Virus record (IMG/VR): IMGVR_UViG_3300009163_000019
DNA: 64,000 nucleotides
Strand: one strand, 5' to 3'
Source: a virus
The notes beneath the pieces were generated by a model. That model had not been told where the DNA came from. It was given only the letters and a program-made list of their open reading frames with translations, and ran no database searches. This document shows, piece by piece, positions 48,354 to 57,139 of the stretch. The position numbers were made by a program, and so were the translations under genes. Every line of letters starts with the position of its first letter. Position 1 is the first letter of the stretch.

Positions 48354-48515
48354 ATGTTAGTTGTAGATCTTGTAGAAAGTGTAGAAAGTTTATATTCTAA
48401 TATGCCTGATAAAAGAAAAAGAAAAGAGTATCAAGATTGGAAGGTTCAAATAAATAAAATTATAGACGATATAAATAAGTTATGTAAATTTAAAATGTAT
48501 AATCAAATAAAATAA
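48354..48515 (+). CDS. 53-aa hypothetical protein (not in ORF track)
   Basis: Fills the gap between neighbours; MLVVDLVESVESLYSNMPDKRK... Confidence 0.5.
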   Translation: MLVVDLVESVESLYSNMPDKRKRKEYQDWKVQINKIIDDINKLCKFKMYNQIK

Positions 48516-48520
48516 AAATC

Positions 48521-48751
48521 ATGGCAGTTAGTAAAAAACCAAGAAAAAAAGCAGCTCAACAAGAAGTACTTACAGTAAAACCAATTCAGCAGGCATTATG
48601 GTATCCTATTGATTGGGATAAAGTAAAGACCTTAACAGATTTAAAATTTATAATTAAGAATATGGGTTTAGGTTGCGCTGATGATTCTCCAAATTATGCC
48701 GAATTAAAAAAGTATTTATCCGATTCTCCATTAGCGCGTAATAATGGTTAA
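48521..48751 (+). CDS. Hypothetical protein
   Basis: Co-oriented ORF. Confidence 0.6.
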   Translation: MAVSKKPRKKAAQQEVLTVKPIQQALWYPIDWDKVKTLTDLKFIIKNMGLGCADDSPNYAELKKYLSDSPLARNNG

Positions 48752-49052
48752 TACCTTAATAAATAAAATAAAAATTAGTATGGCAGATTTTTCTAAACAA
48801 TACTGTGAAATATATGATCATGGATTTTCATGGGATTTTGATATTGAAGAAATAGCAGATGAATTGGATCCCGGTTATATGAACAATGTTATTTGTGAAG
48901 GCTTTGGTTTCGACGCAATAGGTAAAGAGAAATCAGGAGAGATTGTACTTCACTTTAGAGATTGGGAAACAGGAAAAAAATCTTGGGTTAGCTATAAAGA
49001 TTTTATAAATAAACAAAAATTAAGTATTAATGAACAGTTGGGTAGATCCTAG
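48744..49052 (+). CDS. Hypothetical phage protein (probable start 48780, MADFSKQYC)
   Basis: ICEGFG motif. Confidence 0.6.
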   Translation: MVNTLINKIKISMADFSKQYCEIYDHGFSWDFDIEEIADELDPGYMNNVICEGFGFDAIGKEKSGEIVLHFRDWETGKKSWVSYKDFINKQKLSINEQLGRS

Positions 49053-49209
49053 AATTAGTAGGATAATAGAATTAGAGTTAGAAATAACAGACGCAGTATC
49101 TAAAGGACATAAAGCTGCAGATAGCGATAAGTTTAAAGAGCATAGAGAAGAGCTAAAGCGTTTAAGAGAGGAACTAAAGTCGGAGCGGCGCGCGCAAGGG
49201 CGGCGGTAA
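49030..49209 (+). CDS. 59-aa hypothetical protein (not in ORF track)
   Basis: MNSWVDPRISRIIELE...ERRAQGRR*. Confidence 0.5.
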   Translation: MNSWVDPRISRIIELELEITDAVSKGHKAADSDKFKEHREELKRLREELKSERRAQGRR

Positions 49210-49261
49210 AATTTCGCGAGGGCCTCAAAAGTCATAAATACAAATATACAATATACAAACT

Positions 49262-49603
49262 ATGAAATGGGAATCCTTTGAAAAAATAATGTTAACCTAT
49301 AAGCGTGCCTTATCGGATATGGATGCACTTTATAAGATTGGTTTAGACCTATCCGAAGGCCCGTACGACCTCATGAGCCACATGTACGTCTTGTTTAATG
49401 AATCTATGGGGATCCAATATAACCCTCATGGCGTGGACTGGATTGATTGGTACATATTCGAAACCGACTGGCAAAAGAAAGGGAATTACGAAGCCTATAA
49501 TGAGAAGAAAGAACTCATTGCCCAAGACTTAAAAGGCCTGTGGGAACTACTTGAATCAGATTATCGGAATGATCAAAAACCAGAAATGCCACTAGACTTA
49601 TGA
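49262..49603 (+). CDS. Hypothetical protein
   Basis: DWIDWYIFE motif. Confidence 0.6.
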   Translation: MKWESFEKIMLTYKRALSDMDALYKIGLDLSEGPYDLMSHMYVLFNESMGIQYNPHGVDWIDWYIFETDWQKKGNYEAYNEKKELIAQDLKGLWELLESDYRNDQKPEMPLDL

Positions 49604-49845
49604 AAAACAAAAAGCCACAAGACTACATAATCAGATACAGAGATGTCGACCCTTACACTATGCATATCGATGGCGAGGGTGAAACATGCAGGACCGATAG
49701 CCGTGTCGGAGCGGAAAGGATTATTGAAGCCTTAACAGAGTTTAATACAAAGTCTAAACACGGCAGGCCAAATAGAGAGTACTACATAGAGGTTAAGGAA
49801 AGCCGTGGACCAATAGAAAAGCCCAATCCCTGGTGGACTTGGTAA
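49600..49845 (+). CDS. Hypothetical protein
   Basis: ATGA-coupled. Confidence 0.55.
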   Translation: MKNKKPQDYIIRYRDVDPYTMHIDGEGETCRTDSRVGAERIIEALTEFNTKSKHGRPNREYYIEVKESRGPIEKPNPWWTW

Positions 49846-49943
49846 TTAAATAACCTGGTCTACCGACGTATAGTAAAAAGGAATATTACTATACAGTTTG
49901 TCGGGCGAAATAAAGATTATATATTCATTGCAAATAAAAAATT

Positions 49944-50162
49944 ATGATTGAATATCAAGAAATAATCGAAGGTAATTTAAAAGCAGTTAAAGACACAAGC
50001 GATTTTGGAAGTCCTAATAAATGGAACCTACACGTTAAAACCGTCAATGGATGGTATGATTCAGTTCAATGGATGAGTGTATGGCGCATTCAAGAATTCT
50101 TTAAAACAAAACTACCCGTTTACAAAGAGGTAGAGAAGCAAGTTGACTATGAATTAGAATAA
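49944..50162 (+). CDS. Hypothetical protein
   Basis: Co-oriented ORF. Confidence 0.55.
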   Translation: MIEYQEIIEGNLKAVKDTSDFGSPNKWNLHVKTVNGWYDSVQWMSVWRIQEFFKTKLPVYKEVEKQVDYELE

Positions 50163-50172
50163 ATTAAAAAAT

Positions 50173-50418
50173 ATGACACCACAAGAAAAAGCATTAGAAC
50201 TATACAACAAGTATCTTCCATACGCTGATGAATATATCTACCCAGAACAAGCAGCAAAGGAGTTATGTATGATAACAGTGGATGAAATAATTGAAAGTAG
50301 AAAAGATGATAGCATGTTTGGTGATACATTGTTATCTACAAGCAGTGAGTATTATACACCACACCCAATGTACATAACTTATTGGTTACAAGTAAAACAA
50401 GAAATAGAAAAGCTATGA
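50173..50418 (+). CDS. Hypothetical phage protein (MTP.EKA.EL...YW..VK family)
   Basis: Same module occurs in the C-terminus of 52749. Confidence 0.65.
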   Translation: MTPQEKALELYNKYLPYADEYIYPEQAAKELCMITVDEIIESRKDDSMFGDTLLSTSSEYYTPHPMYITYWLQVKQEIEKL

Positions 50419-50576
50419 AGCTATACAAAGAATACAACAACTTTTTTATCACACCTTGTATAAAGATCTACTACGATACATACTTTGAAGGTGGGTTAAT
50501 ATGTTTAGATTTGGAATTTACATGGTTAATGTGGACAGTTAGCTTTAGTATTATAAAAGAAAGTATATAAGATCAA

Positions 50577-50801
50577 ATGACAGTAAAAGAACTAATAGAG
50601 AACCTACAAACTCTAGATCCAGAACTCAGAGTCTTTGTTGAAGGGTATGAGGGTGGCTACAATGATGTTAGCTTTAATCCAAACATAAGTAAGTTTGTAC
50701 TTGATTACCACTCAGATTGGTATTATGGAGTACATGAGATCATTGATGCGTGTTCCCAAGAAGAAGGAGAGTATCATACTGTGGACGGAATAGTGTTATA
50801 A
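50577..50801 (+). CDS. Hypothetical phage protein
   Basis: MTVKELIE.L...DP...V..GYEGG. Confidence 0.65.
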   Translation: MTVKELIENLQTLDPELRVFVEGYEGGYNDVSFNPNISKFVLDYHSDWYYGVHEIIDACSQEEGEYHTVDGIVL

Positions 50802-50915
50802 AAATATATACTATAGATGAAAATAATTTTGGCTTGTTTATTATTAAATTGTATTTTTATGTCATATTTGCTTGCTAGAACACACAACGGTGATGATATA
50901 ATGTAAAGTAATAAT

Positions 50916-51000
50916 AGTCAGGTAGCGGAAATGGTAGACGCATGCATCCCGTAAGATTTGCATTCCACTGAGATTACTGGTTCGACTCCAGTCCTGACTA
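50916..51000 (+). tRNA. Atypical tRNA / tRNA-like RNA (GTA in a distorted anticodon arm)
   Basis: AGTCAGG/CCTGACT-A acceptor; GCG-GAAATGGTAGA-CGC D-arm; ACTGG-TTCGACT-CCAGT T-arm. Confidence 0.75.
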
Positions 51001-51063
51001 CTCTGGATTTAAATAGCTTCCATCTCATGGGGATTTAGTATATTTAATAAATAAATAAAGGTT

Positions 51064-51957
51064 ATGAATCTAGGATACGCTTGCATAAACATGACGCTAG
51101 GCAAAGCTGTGACTACGAATCGTGGTATGGTTAAAAAAACATTTCTCGCCAAGGGCCCGGACTGGGTATCTGAGTTGGCACTCGCCAATTCTCGGGACAT
51201 CATCAAAATTCTAGAGTGGAATAGACTTAGAGGTATAAAACTATTTCGCTTGACATCTGCCCTTATCCCTTGGGGAGATAGTCTAGATCTTACACAATTA
51301 AAAGACTACGAAGAGATCCGGTCTGAACTTAAAAAGGCAGGTGACTTTGCAAGAGAACACGGTATCCGGATCACTACGCATCCTGGTCCATTCAATGTAC
51401 TTCTTTCACCAAATGAAGCTGTAGTTGAAAAGACTATTCAAGATCTGGAAATGCATGGCAAGATATTTGATATGATAGGACTTGATAAGTCACCATATAA
51501 CAAGATCAATATACATTGTAATGGTGTTTATGGAGATAAGCCGGCAGCCATGGATAGATTTTGCCTAAATTTTTCTCGTCTATCCGAATCAGTTAGATCA
51601 AGGCTTACTGTAGAGAACGATGATAAGGCAAGTATGTATTCTGTTATAGACCTTATGTACATACACAAAAAGATTGGAACACCTATTGTATTTGATTATC
51701 ACCACCATGGTTTTTGTACTGGTGATCTTACTGAGGAGGAGGCTTTAAAGTTGGCAGCTGAGACTTGGCCTGAAGGGATTAAGCAGCTTGTTCACTATTC
51801 AGAATCAAAAGCTCTACATGAAGGGAATACCAAACTTAAACCTCAAGCACATTCAGACTATATTAATTCACTTCCGAATACCTATGGTCTAGATCTAGAT
51901 ATTATGATTGAGGCAAAAGCAAAAGAGTTAGCAATCTTACCATTCATTAAAAAATAA
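51064..51957 (+). CDS. uvsE: UV damage endonuclease UvsE/UVDE
   Basis: LGYACIN, FRLTS, HPGPF, NIH, LTVENDD, FDYHHH, HYSES, AHSD, MIEAKAKE. Confidence 0.95.
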   Translation: MNLGYACINMTLGKAVTTNRGMVKKTFLAKGPDWVSELALANSRDIIKILEWNRLRGIKLFRLTSALIPWGDSLDLTQLKDYEEIRSELKKAGDFAREHGIRITTHPGPFNVLLSPNEAVVEKTIQDLEMHGKIFDMIGLDKSPYNKINIHCNGVYGDKPAAMDRFCLNFSRLSESVRSRLTVENDDKASMYSVIDLMYIHKKIGTPIVFDYHHHGFCTGDLTEEEALKLAAETWPEGIKQLVHYSESKALHEGNTKLKPQAHSDYINSLPNTYGLDLDIMIEAKAKELAILPFIKK

Positions 51958-52128
51958 AACAATCCGTATGAAAAAGAAAAATTTAAGTTTTTTAGTTATA
52001 GTAATAATATTATTTAGTAGTTGTTACACATCAGTGTCTACTGTGGGTAATTGTAAATATTATTATCGTAGACCAATAGGTAGTTTACATAGGATAAATG
52101 CACCTCGATTCTAAACAAATAATAAACT

Positions 52129-52464
52129 ATGAACAAAGAAGAACAAAAAAAAATTATTATAGAAGTTATGGATGCGGATGCTAAAGATGGATTGTACGAA
52201 AAAGAAGATAAAACATTTAAACAAAAAAGTAAATGGACCAAAGTGAATAACAAACAACAAACAGCAGTAGAATGGTTATTCACTCAATTATATGAAAAGT
52301 TTGAAATGAAAGGTGATGGAGAAAAGATGAATAAAATACTTAACAAAGCTAAAGAAATGGAGAAAGAGCAGATAGTAAATGCTTATGAATGTGGTTGGAT
52401 TAATGGTGATTTGAAGAAAGCTCCGCGTTTTGGTAAGGATTATTATAATACTTTAAATAAATAA
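52129..52464 (+). CDS. Hypothetical phage protein (TAVEWL...EKEQI family)
   Basis: QTAVEWL, AKEMEKEQIVNAY. Confidence 0.65.
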   Translation: MNKEEQKKIIIEVMDADAKDGLYEKEDKTFKQKSKWTKVNNKQQTAVEWLFTQLYEKFEMKGDGEKMNKILNKAKEMEKEQIVNAYECGWINGDLKKAPRFGKDYYNTLNK

Positions 52465-52518
52465 TATGAACTACTGGTTAATACAAGCAATTGTTAAACA
52501 AATTAAAGCTGAGAAGAA

Positions 52519-52722
52519 ATGAAAACGGCAATGAAAGAATTAATTGAGTATCTTGATCCTATACACAGTGGAATAAAAGATAAGGCAACTGAATTACTTG
52601 AAAAAGAAAAGAAACAGATGCTAGATGCTATGCGCTATGCTCTTGATGAGGATGGGCATAATGGATCATGGATTTTTAATTTTATAGAATCATATTATAA
52701 AAAAATGTACGAAAATGAGTAA
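52519..52722 (+). CDS. Hypothetical phage protein (EK.Q..DA family)
   Basis: KTAMKELIE, LLEKEKKQMLDA. Confidence 0.6.
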   Translation: MKTAMKELIEYLDPIHSGIKDKATELLEKEKKQMLDAMRYALDEDGHNGSWIFNFIESYYKKMYENE

Positions 52723-52748
52723 ACTGTGATTGATATTTATAGTAAAAG

Positions 52749-53171
52749 TTGAATAAATCCGCTCTTCACAAATTACAAGACTTAGTTAAGGAAGAGTATA
52801 AGAAATCCTCAAGAATATTAGCTCCTTGGCTATTAACAGTAATAACTACACTAAAAACAGAAGAGCGAAATCAAATAATAGAAGCCTTTGAATCCGGGCA
52901 ATTTGATCAAGAAAAAACAGGTGAAAATTATTGGGAATCTAAGTATAATCCAATATCATTATCACCAGCAGAAATGGCAGACTCTATAATAAAGTTATAT
53001 AATCAAAATCCAGAAGATCCATATATAGATTACGATCCACTTGCAAGATCGTACGCTAAAATAGCAGTGGGTAGTATAATAGAAGCCATAAACGAGTTAC
53101 CTATTCATGATGAGTCTATCCAAATAAATGAAAGAATAGAATATTGGACTCAAGTAAAAGATTTTATATAA
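52749..53171 (+). CDS. Hypothetical two-module protein
   Basis: EERNQIIEAF module + SP.EMA...YWTQVK module. Confidence 0.55.
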   Translation: MNKSALHKLQDLVKEEYKKSSRILAPWLLTVITTLKTEERNQIIEAFESGQFDQEKTGENYWESKYNPISLSPAEMADSIIKLYNQNPEDPYIDYDPLARSYAKIAVGSIIEAINELPIHDESIQINERIEYWTQVKDFI

Positions 53172-53206
53172 TAAATTATTAAAGATATTTATATAAAAGA
53201 TAATTT

Positions 53207-53323
53207 ATGGCAAGATCAAAGAAAACCTGGAGACCAATGAAATCTAGAAAAAATGGTCTCAAGCATCGAGACAGGATAAATGAGAATAATAAGATACTAA
53301 AAAGATTAAAAGAGATCCACTAA
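53207..53323 (+). CDS. 38-aa basic peptide (not in ORF track)
   Basis: MARSKKTWRPMKSRKNGLKHRDRINENNKILKRLKEIH*; late motif upstream, terminator downstream. Confidence 0.6.
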   Translation: MARSKKTWRPMKSRKNGLKHRDRINENNKILKRLKEIH

Positions 53324-53339
53324 AAACGGATCTTTTTTT
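53308..53339 (+). terminator. Intrinsic terminator
   Basis: AAAAGAGATCC-loop-GGATCTTTTTTT. Confidence 0.65.
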
Positions 53340-53361
53340 ATTTAAATGAATTGTCTTATTT

Positions 53362-53844
53362 TTGATTATGAGCAAATTAAAATATACATTAGAACAATTT
53401 AGATGGATTAAAGTGCTATTTAGTCCGTTTAAACCATTTACTGTTAAATGGTATATAGGTAAAACACAAATAGGTACTCCATATTTCTTACCTAGAAAAT
53501 GGGTTAATCGTAAACCAGTACCACTTAAAATTGGATTCAGTTACTGTGGTTTAGGGTGGAAAACAAAATGGACATCTACTGATTTTAGATATGAATGGGG
53601 TCCTGTATTTTCATTTGTATTCTTTGGTTATCAAGTAGCGTTAATGATAGGTCACAAGAATGTTAGTCATTATTGGGAAGCCTGGTTATATTACGAATAT
53701 GCTACAGATAAAACAAAATCAAAACGTGAACGAATAGAACAATGTAGGAAAGAATTTTCACAAATATGGACAACACATAAGCATGATGAAGAGCCAAAAA
53801 CAATAGACTATTATACTAAAATACTTAAATCAAAATATCTATGA
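53362..53844 (+). CDS. Hypothetical phage protein
   Basis: GTPYFLPRKW, LGWKTKW, YWEAWL. Confidence 0.65.
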   Translation: MIMSKLKYTLEQFRWIKVLFSPFKPFTVKWYIGKTQIGTPYFLPRKWVNRKPVPLKIGFSYCGLGWKTKWTSTDFRYEWGPVFSFVFFGYQVALMIGHKNVSHYWEAWLYYEYATDKTKSKRERIEQCRKEFSQIWTTHKHDEEPKTIDYYTKILKSKYL

Positions 53845-54140
53845 CACGAGTAGAACAAAAAGGAAATAAGGAGAGACTTATACTAAAGGAATTAATTGAT
53901 AAAATGTTTGAAATAGCAGGCCATCCTCTAAAGTTTGAAGATGTAGAAGGTAGAACTGATAATTGGTTTCAACAATACACTATGACTGAAGCTCAAAATG
54001 AGGAGTGGCGAAATTGGGGTACTAAATTTCTAAGTAAGAAACGTCGTTTTGGTATGAAGTTAGCGGATCGTGAAATGAGAATGTTAGATTTGTATTGTGG
54101 ATTGAGTATATCGGATAGTAGATTTGCAAAAGAATTATGA
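53841..54140 (+). CDS. Hypothetical protein
   Basis: ATGA-coupled. Confidence 0.6.
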   Translation: MTRVEQKGNKERLILKELIDKMFEIAGHPLKFEDVEGRTDNWFQQYTMTEAQNEEWRNWGTKFLSKKRRFGMKLADREMRMLDLYCGLSISDSRFAKEL

Positions 54141-54754
54141 TAATACACACAATGTGGATAGGATCCGAGATCCCTATTAAATATCATAGTAACTTAGATA
54201 AATTCAGGATGTTAAATCCCGGCTTTCAACACATGCATTGGGGAGAGAATGATATAATCAGTATTTTTAAATATTTTAATCTAATAGAATTATATAATTC
54301 AATGCCTAGTTTTATAACTAAATTCAATTTGGCAAAGTATGCAATACTAGATAAATTCGGTGGGATATTCACAGACTTAGATATACAGTGGAAAAAATCA
54401 TTTATTGAAATTATGAATGATCAGGAGTTTAATGATATAGATATATTATTAACACATCCAGTAGATACAGCACATTATTATATAAATGATCAAGCCGTTA
54501 ATCTTTTAGATGATCCATTTATTATAGCCAGACCAAACCTACTTAGCCAATGTCTTGACTTTAGATTTAAAAGAGAGTTAAGAATAGATCCCGAAACAAA
54601 AGCCGTCCATAAAGCAGAACCTATAGGTCCTTTCTTATTAACAGAGTGGATTTATGCTAATCAAATAAAGCATAGAGCATTTAGCCAAACTGCATTTTTA
54701 AGTCTAAATGGTTTTTACGGATACCACGAACAATTAGATCTATGGAATAAATAA
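54137..54754 (+). CDS. GT32/OCH1-like DXD glycosyltransferase
   Basis: IIHTMWIG, FGGIFTDLD, IGPFLL. Confidence 0.8.
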   Translation: MIIHTMWIGSEIPIKYHSNLDKFRMLNPGFQHMHWGENDIISIFKYFNLIELYNSMPSFITKFNLAKYAILDKFGGIFTDLDIQWKKSFIEIMNDQEFNDIDILLTHPVDTAHYYINDQAVNLLDDPFIIARPNLLSQCLDFRFKRELRIDPETKAVHKAEPIGPFLLTEWIYANQIKHRAFSQTAFLSLNGFYGYHEQLDLWNK

Positions 54755-54780
54755 AAAGATATTTATATAAAAGAATCTCA

Positions 54781-55473
54781 ATGAAACTCAGTAAGATACT
54801 AGAAGGAGAATATGGAAATATATTATTTGGAGATAAAGATGATCCTGCAAAATTTGCTAAAATGCAAGGCGTGAAACCTGGCTCAGAACCAGATTTACCG
54901 GAAGAAAAAAAACTATTACTTCTATTAAAAAAATGGACAGTAAATCCTGCACATTCTATACAAGATCTTTATAAAATTAGAGGGAAGCTAAAATCATTAG
55001 CAAACGAATATCCAAAAATATTAAAACCTAGTACTCCAAATGGTACTATAATTTATAGAGGATTAACAAGTACAAATCCCCAAATAGAATCTCAAGTAAA
55101 AGCTTCAAATCCAGAAGATTGGATAAAAGCAGGTCGTTTATATATTTTAAAAACTCCCATAAAATATATTCCAAGAAGCGATATTCAGTCTTGGTCAACA
55201 AGGATGGAAACAGGCATGTACTCCTTTGGGCAAGGAGGAATGTTAATATCTAAGCAAAACGAAGAATACATGATGAATCAAGAAGCGCTATCTATACTAT
55301 ATCCATTGAGTGAAGACGAGATACTTCACTTTGGAAAAAACTATGATCAAAATGTATATTTTGCAGGTATTGACATATCAAATACAATAAGAAAATATAG
55401 TAAAAAATTAGCAAATGTAAAATCTGTATCTGACAGAAGTAAAGATTTGGATATGAAATCTATAATTAAATAA
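54781..55473 (+). CDS. MKL-leader protein with R-S-E ADP-ribosyltransferase-like domain
   Basis: IYRGL, QSWST, EDEIL. Confidence 0.6.
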   Translation: MKLSKILEGEYGNILFGDKDDPAKFAKMQGVKPGSEPDLPEEKKLLLLLKKWTVNPAHSIQDLYKIRGKLKSLANEYPKILKPSTPNGTIIYRGLTSTNPQIESQVKASNPEDWIKAGRLYILKTPIKYIPRSDIQSWSTRMETGMYSFGQGGMLISKQNEEYMMNQEALSILYPLSEDEILHFGKNYDQNVYFAGIDISNTIRKYSKKLANVKSVSDRSKDLDMKSIIK

Positions 55474-55483
55474 AATAATCTCA

Positions 55484-56647
55484 ATGAAACTCAGTAAAAT
55501 ATTAGAATCTATCCTAGATGAATTAAACGTCCCAAAACCTGAGGATGCATATAAATTCTATAAAATAACAAAAAAGGATCTAGGATATGGTACCATGCAC
55601 ACTTATGTGTATGAAAATGTAAATGGAGATCTAATGGAAATCTCTAACATGGTAACAAAACATCCAAAAGAACCTGGTAAATCAATATACTTGGCTTTTA
55701 AGAAATATGAAGGACCTGGATCTGATGAGGAAGAATACGATAATGAAGAAGAAGAGGAAAGGAAATATTCTGAGAAGACAGGAGCCGGTGACCTGATTAA
55801 GGTATTGGCAACTGTGGTACAGTCTGTAAAGAATACCATGAATAAAGAGGGTGGTGAAAATAAGATATATGCCATAAAGTTTAGCCCATCAGATAATAAA
55901 AGGGCTAACATATATCTACACTATATAAAAACCCTGTTCCCTGACTTCAAAGAAGAGAAAGGAGTGGAGGCTAAATTTACAACCTTTGTTAATAAGAATT
56001 TTAAGCCAAAGGTAATCTCAGAAATAGGAGATGCATCAGCTGAAGGATATAGTCTGTCAAAACCAAATATCAAAGGACCAATAAATAAGGCATTAGACAA
56101 GATAAACAGTAGCGAAAGCAAAAGAAAATACGGAGGAGAGGAACCATTCAAAGTAAGATACACTGCCTCTGTAGGAACCAATAAATACCTTATAGACATA
56201 TCAGGAATGGTAAGTAATGTAACTCCAGGCACTGTCCCAAGATTTACTTATCTGTTTAATCCAGATGGAACTAGAAAACCAGGAAAGCTAGATATAAGAG
56301 TAGACTTTGATATGAAAAGGGATTCTAAAAAAGATGCCTTTACTTCAACAGAACTAAACGAACAGTACAAAGTATTATCCGCAGTATTTAATTCTGTTAT
56401 TGACTTTGTAAACCAAACAGAAGCCACTACACCAGTAGATCAGATACTTATGTATCCATCAAACGATAAAGGAACAGATACTGCAAGCAATTCTAAGAGA
56501 GGAAGATTCTATATGGTTTATATACAAAAGAATATCTCTAAACTTCCCGATCCAAGCATGTGGGACGTAAACCTTAACATGAGTGATAACTACATAGACT
56601 TAAGTAGAATCCCTCCAATGCCAACAAAGAAAACAAAGAAGAAATAA
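55484..56647 (+). CDS. MKL-leader protein with two copies of a shared domain
   Basis: MKLSKILE; TGAGDLIKVLATV and TELNEQYKVLSAV. Confidence 0.7.
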   Translation: MKLSKILESILDELNVPKPEDAYKFYKITKKDLGYGTMHTYVYENVNGDLMEISNMVTKHPKEPGKSIYLAFKKYEGPGSDEEEYDNEEEEERKYSEKTGAGDLIKVLATVVQSVKNTMNKEGGENKIYAIKFSPSDNKRANIYLHYIKTLFPDFKEEKGVEAKFTTFVNKNFKPKVISEIGDASAEGYSLSKPNIKGPINKALDKINSSESKRKYGGEEPFKVRYTASVGTNKYLIDISGMVSNVTPGTVPRFTYLFNPDGTRKPGKLDIRVDFDMKRDSKKDAFTSTELNEQYKVLSAVFNSVIDFVNQTEATTPVDQILMYPSNDKGTDTASNSKRGRFYMVYIQKNISKLPDPSMWDVNLNMSDNYIDLSRIPPMPTKKTKKK

Positions 56648-57130
56648 ATGAAACTAACCAAGATACTAAAGGAAGTAATATCAGAGATAGGAGACGCATC
56701 TAAAGAACCATACCCATTTAAAAAAGATATGGATGATATGGATGAAAGAAAATACACATTTTTTACAGACTCTGGATTTGAATATGAAGTTAGGGTAGAA
56801 ACTATAGGAGGAAGTCCTATGGAACCTGTAATAGCAAGGGTAGGATTTGGTGTAATAGATGGGACTGATGATATATCTTATGTGAAACAGACAGGAGAGA
56901 ATGATGTATATAAAATAATGGCAACAGTAACTGCAATAGTAAAGCAGGATCTTAAATCTAATGATGCTGATGTTATAGAGTTTTCTTCAAGTAAAAGAAG
57001 GAATAAGGGTGTGGATGAAGATCCAATGTCTAATGTAAGAACACAACTCTACTCAAGATATATTAAAGGCCAATTCCCTAATGCTGAGGTTCAATTTGAT
57101 GATTATGGAGATGTAAGGGTAAGATTATAA
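56648..57130 (+). CDS. MKL-leader protein with one copy of the shared domain
   Basis: MKLTKILKEVISEIGDAS; TGENDVYKIMATV. Confidence 0.7.
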   Translation: MKLTKILKEVISEIGDASKEPYPFKKDMDDMDERKYTFFTDSGFEYEVRVETIGGSPMEPVIARVGFGVIDGTDDISYVKQTGENDVYKIMATVTAIVKQDLKSNDADVIEFSSSKRRNKGVDEDPMSNVRTQLYSRYIKGQFPNAEVQFDDYGDVRVRL

Positions 57131-57139
57131 TAAATAATA

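Noticed and set aside
49850-49915. Hammerhead ribozyme
   Set aside because: GAAA is present but there is no CUGANGA core
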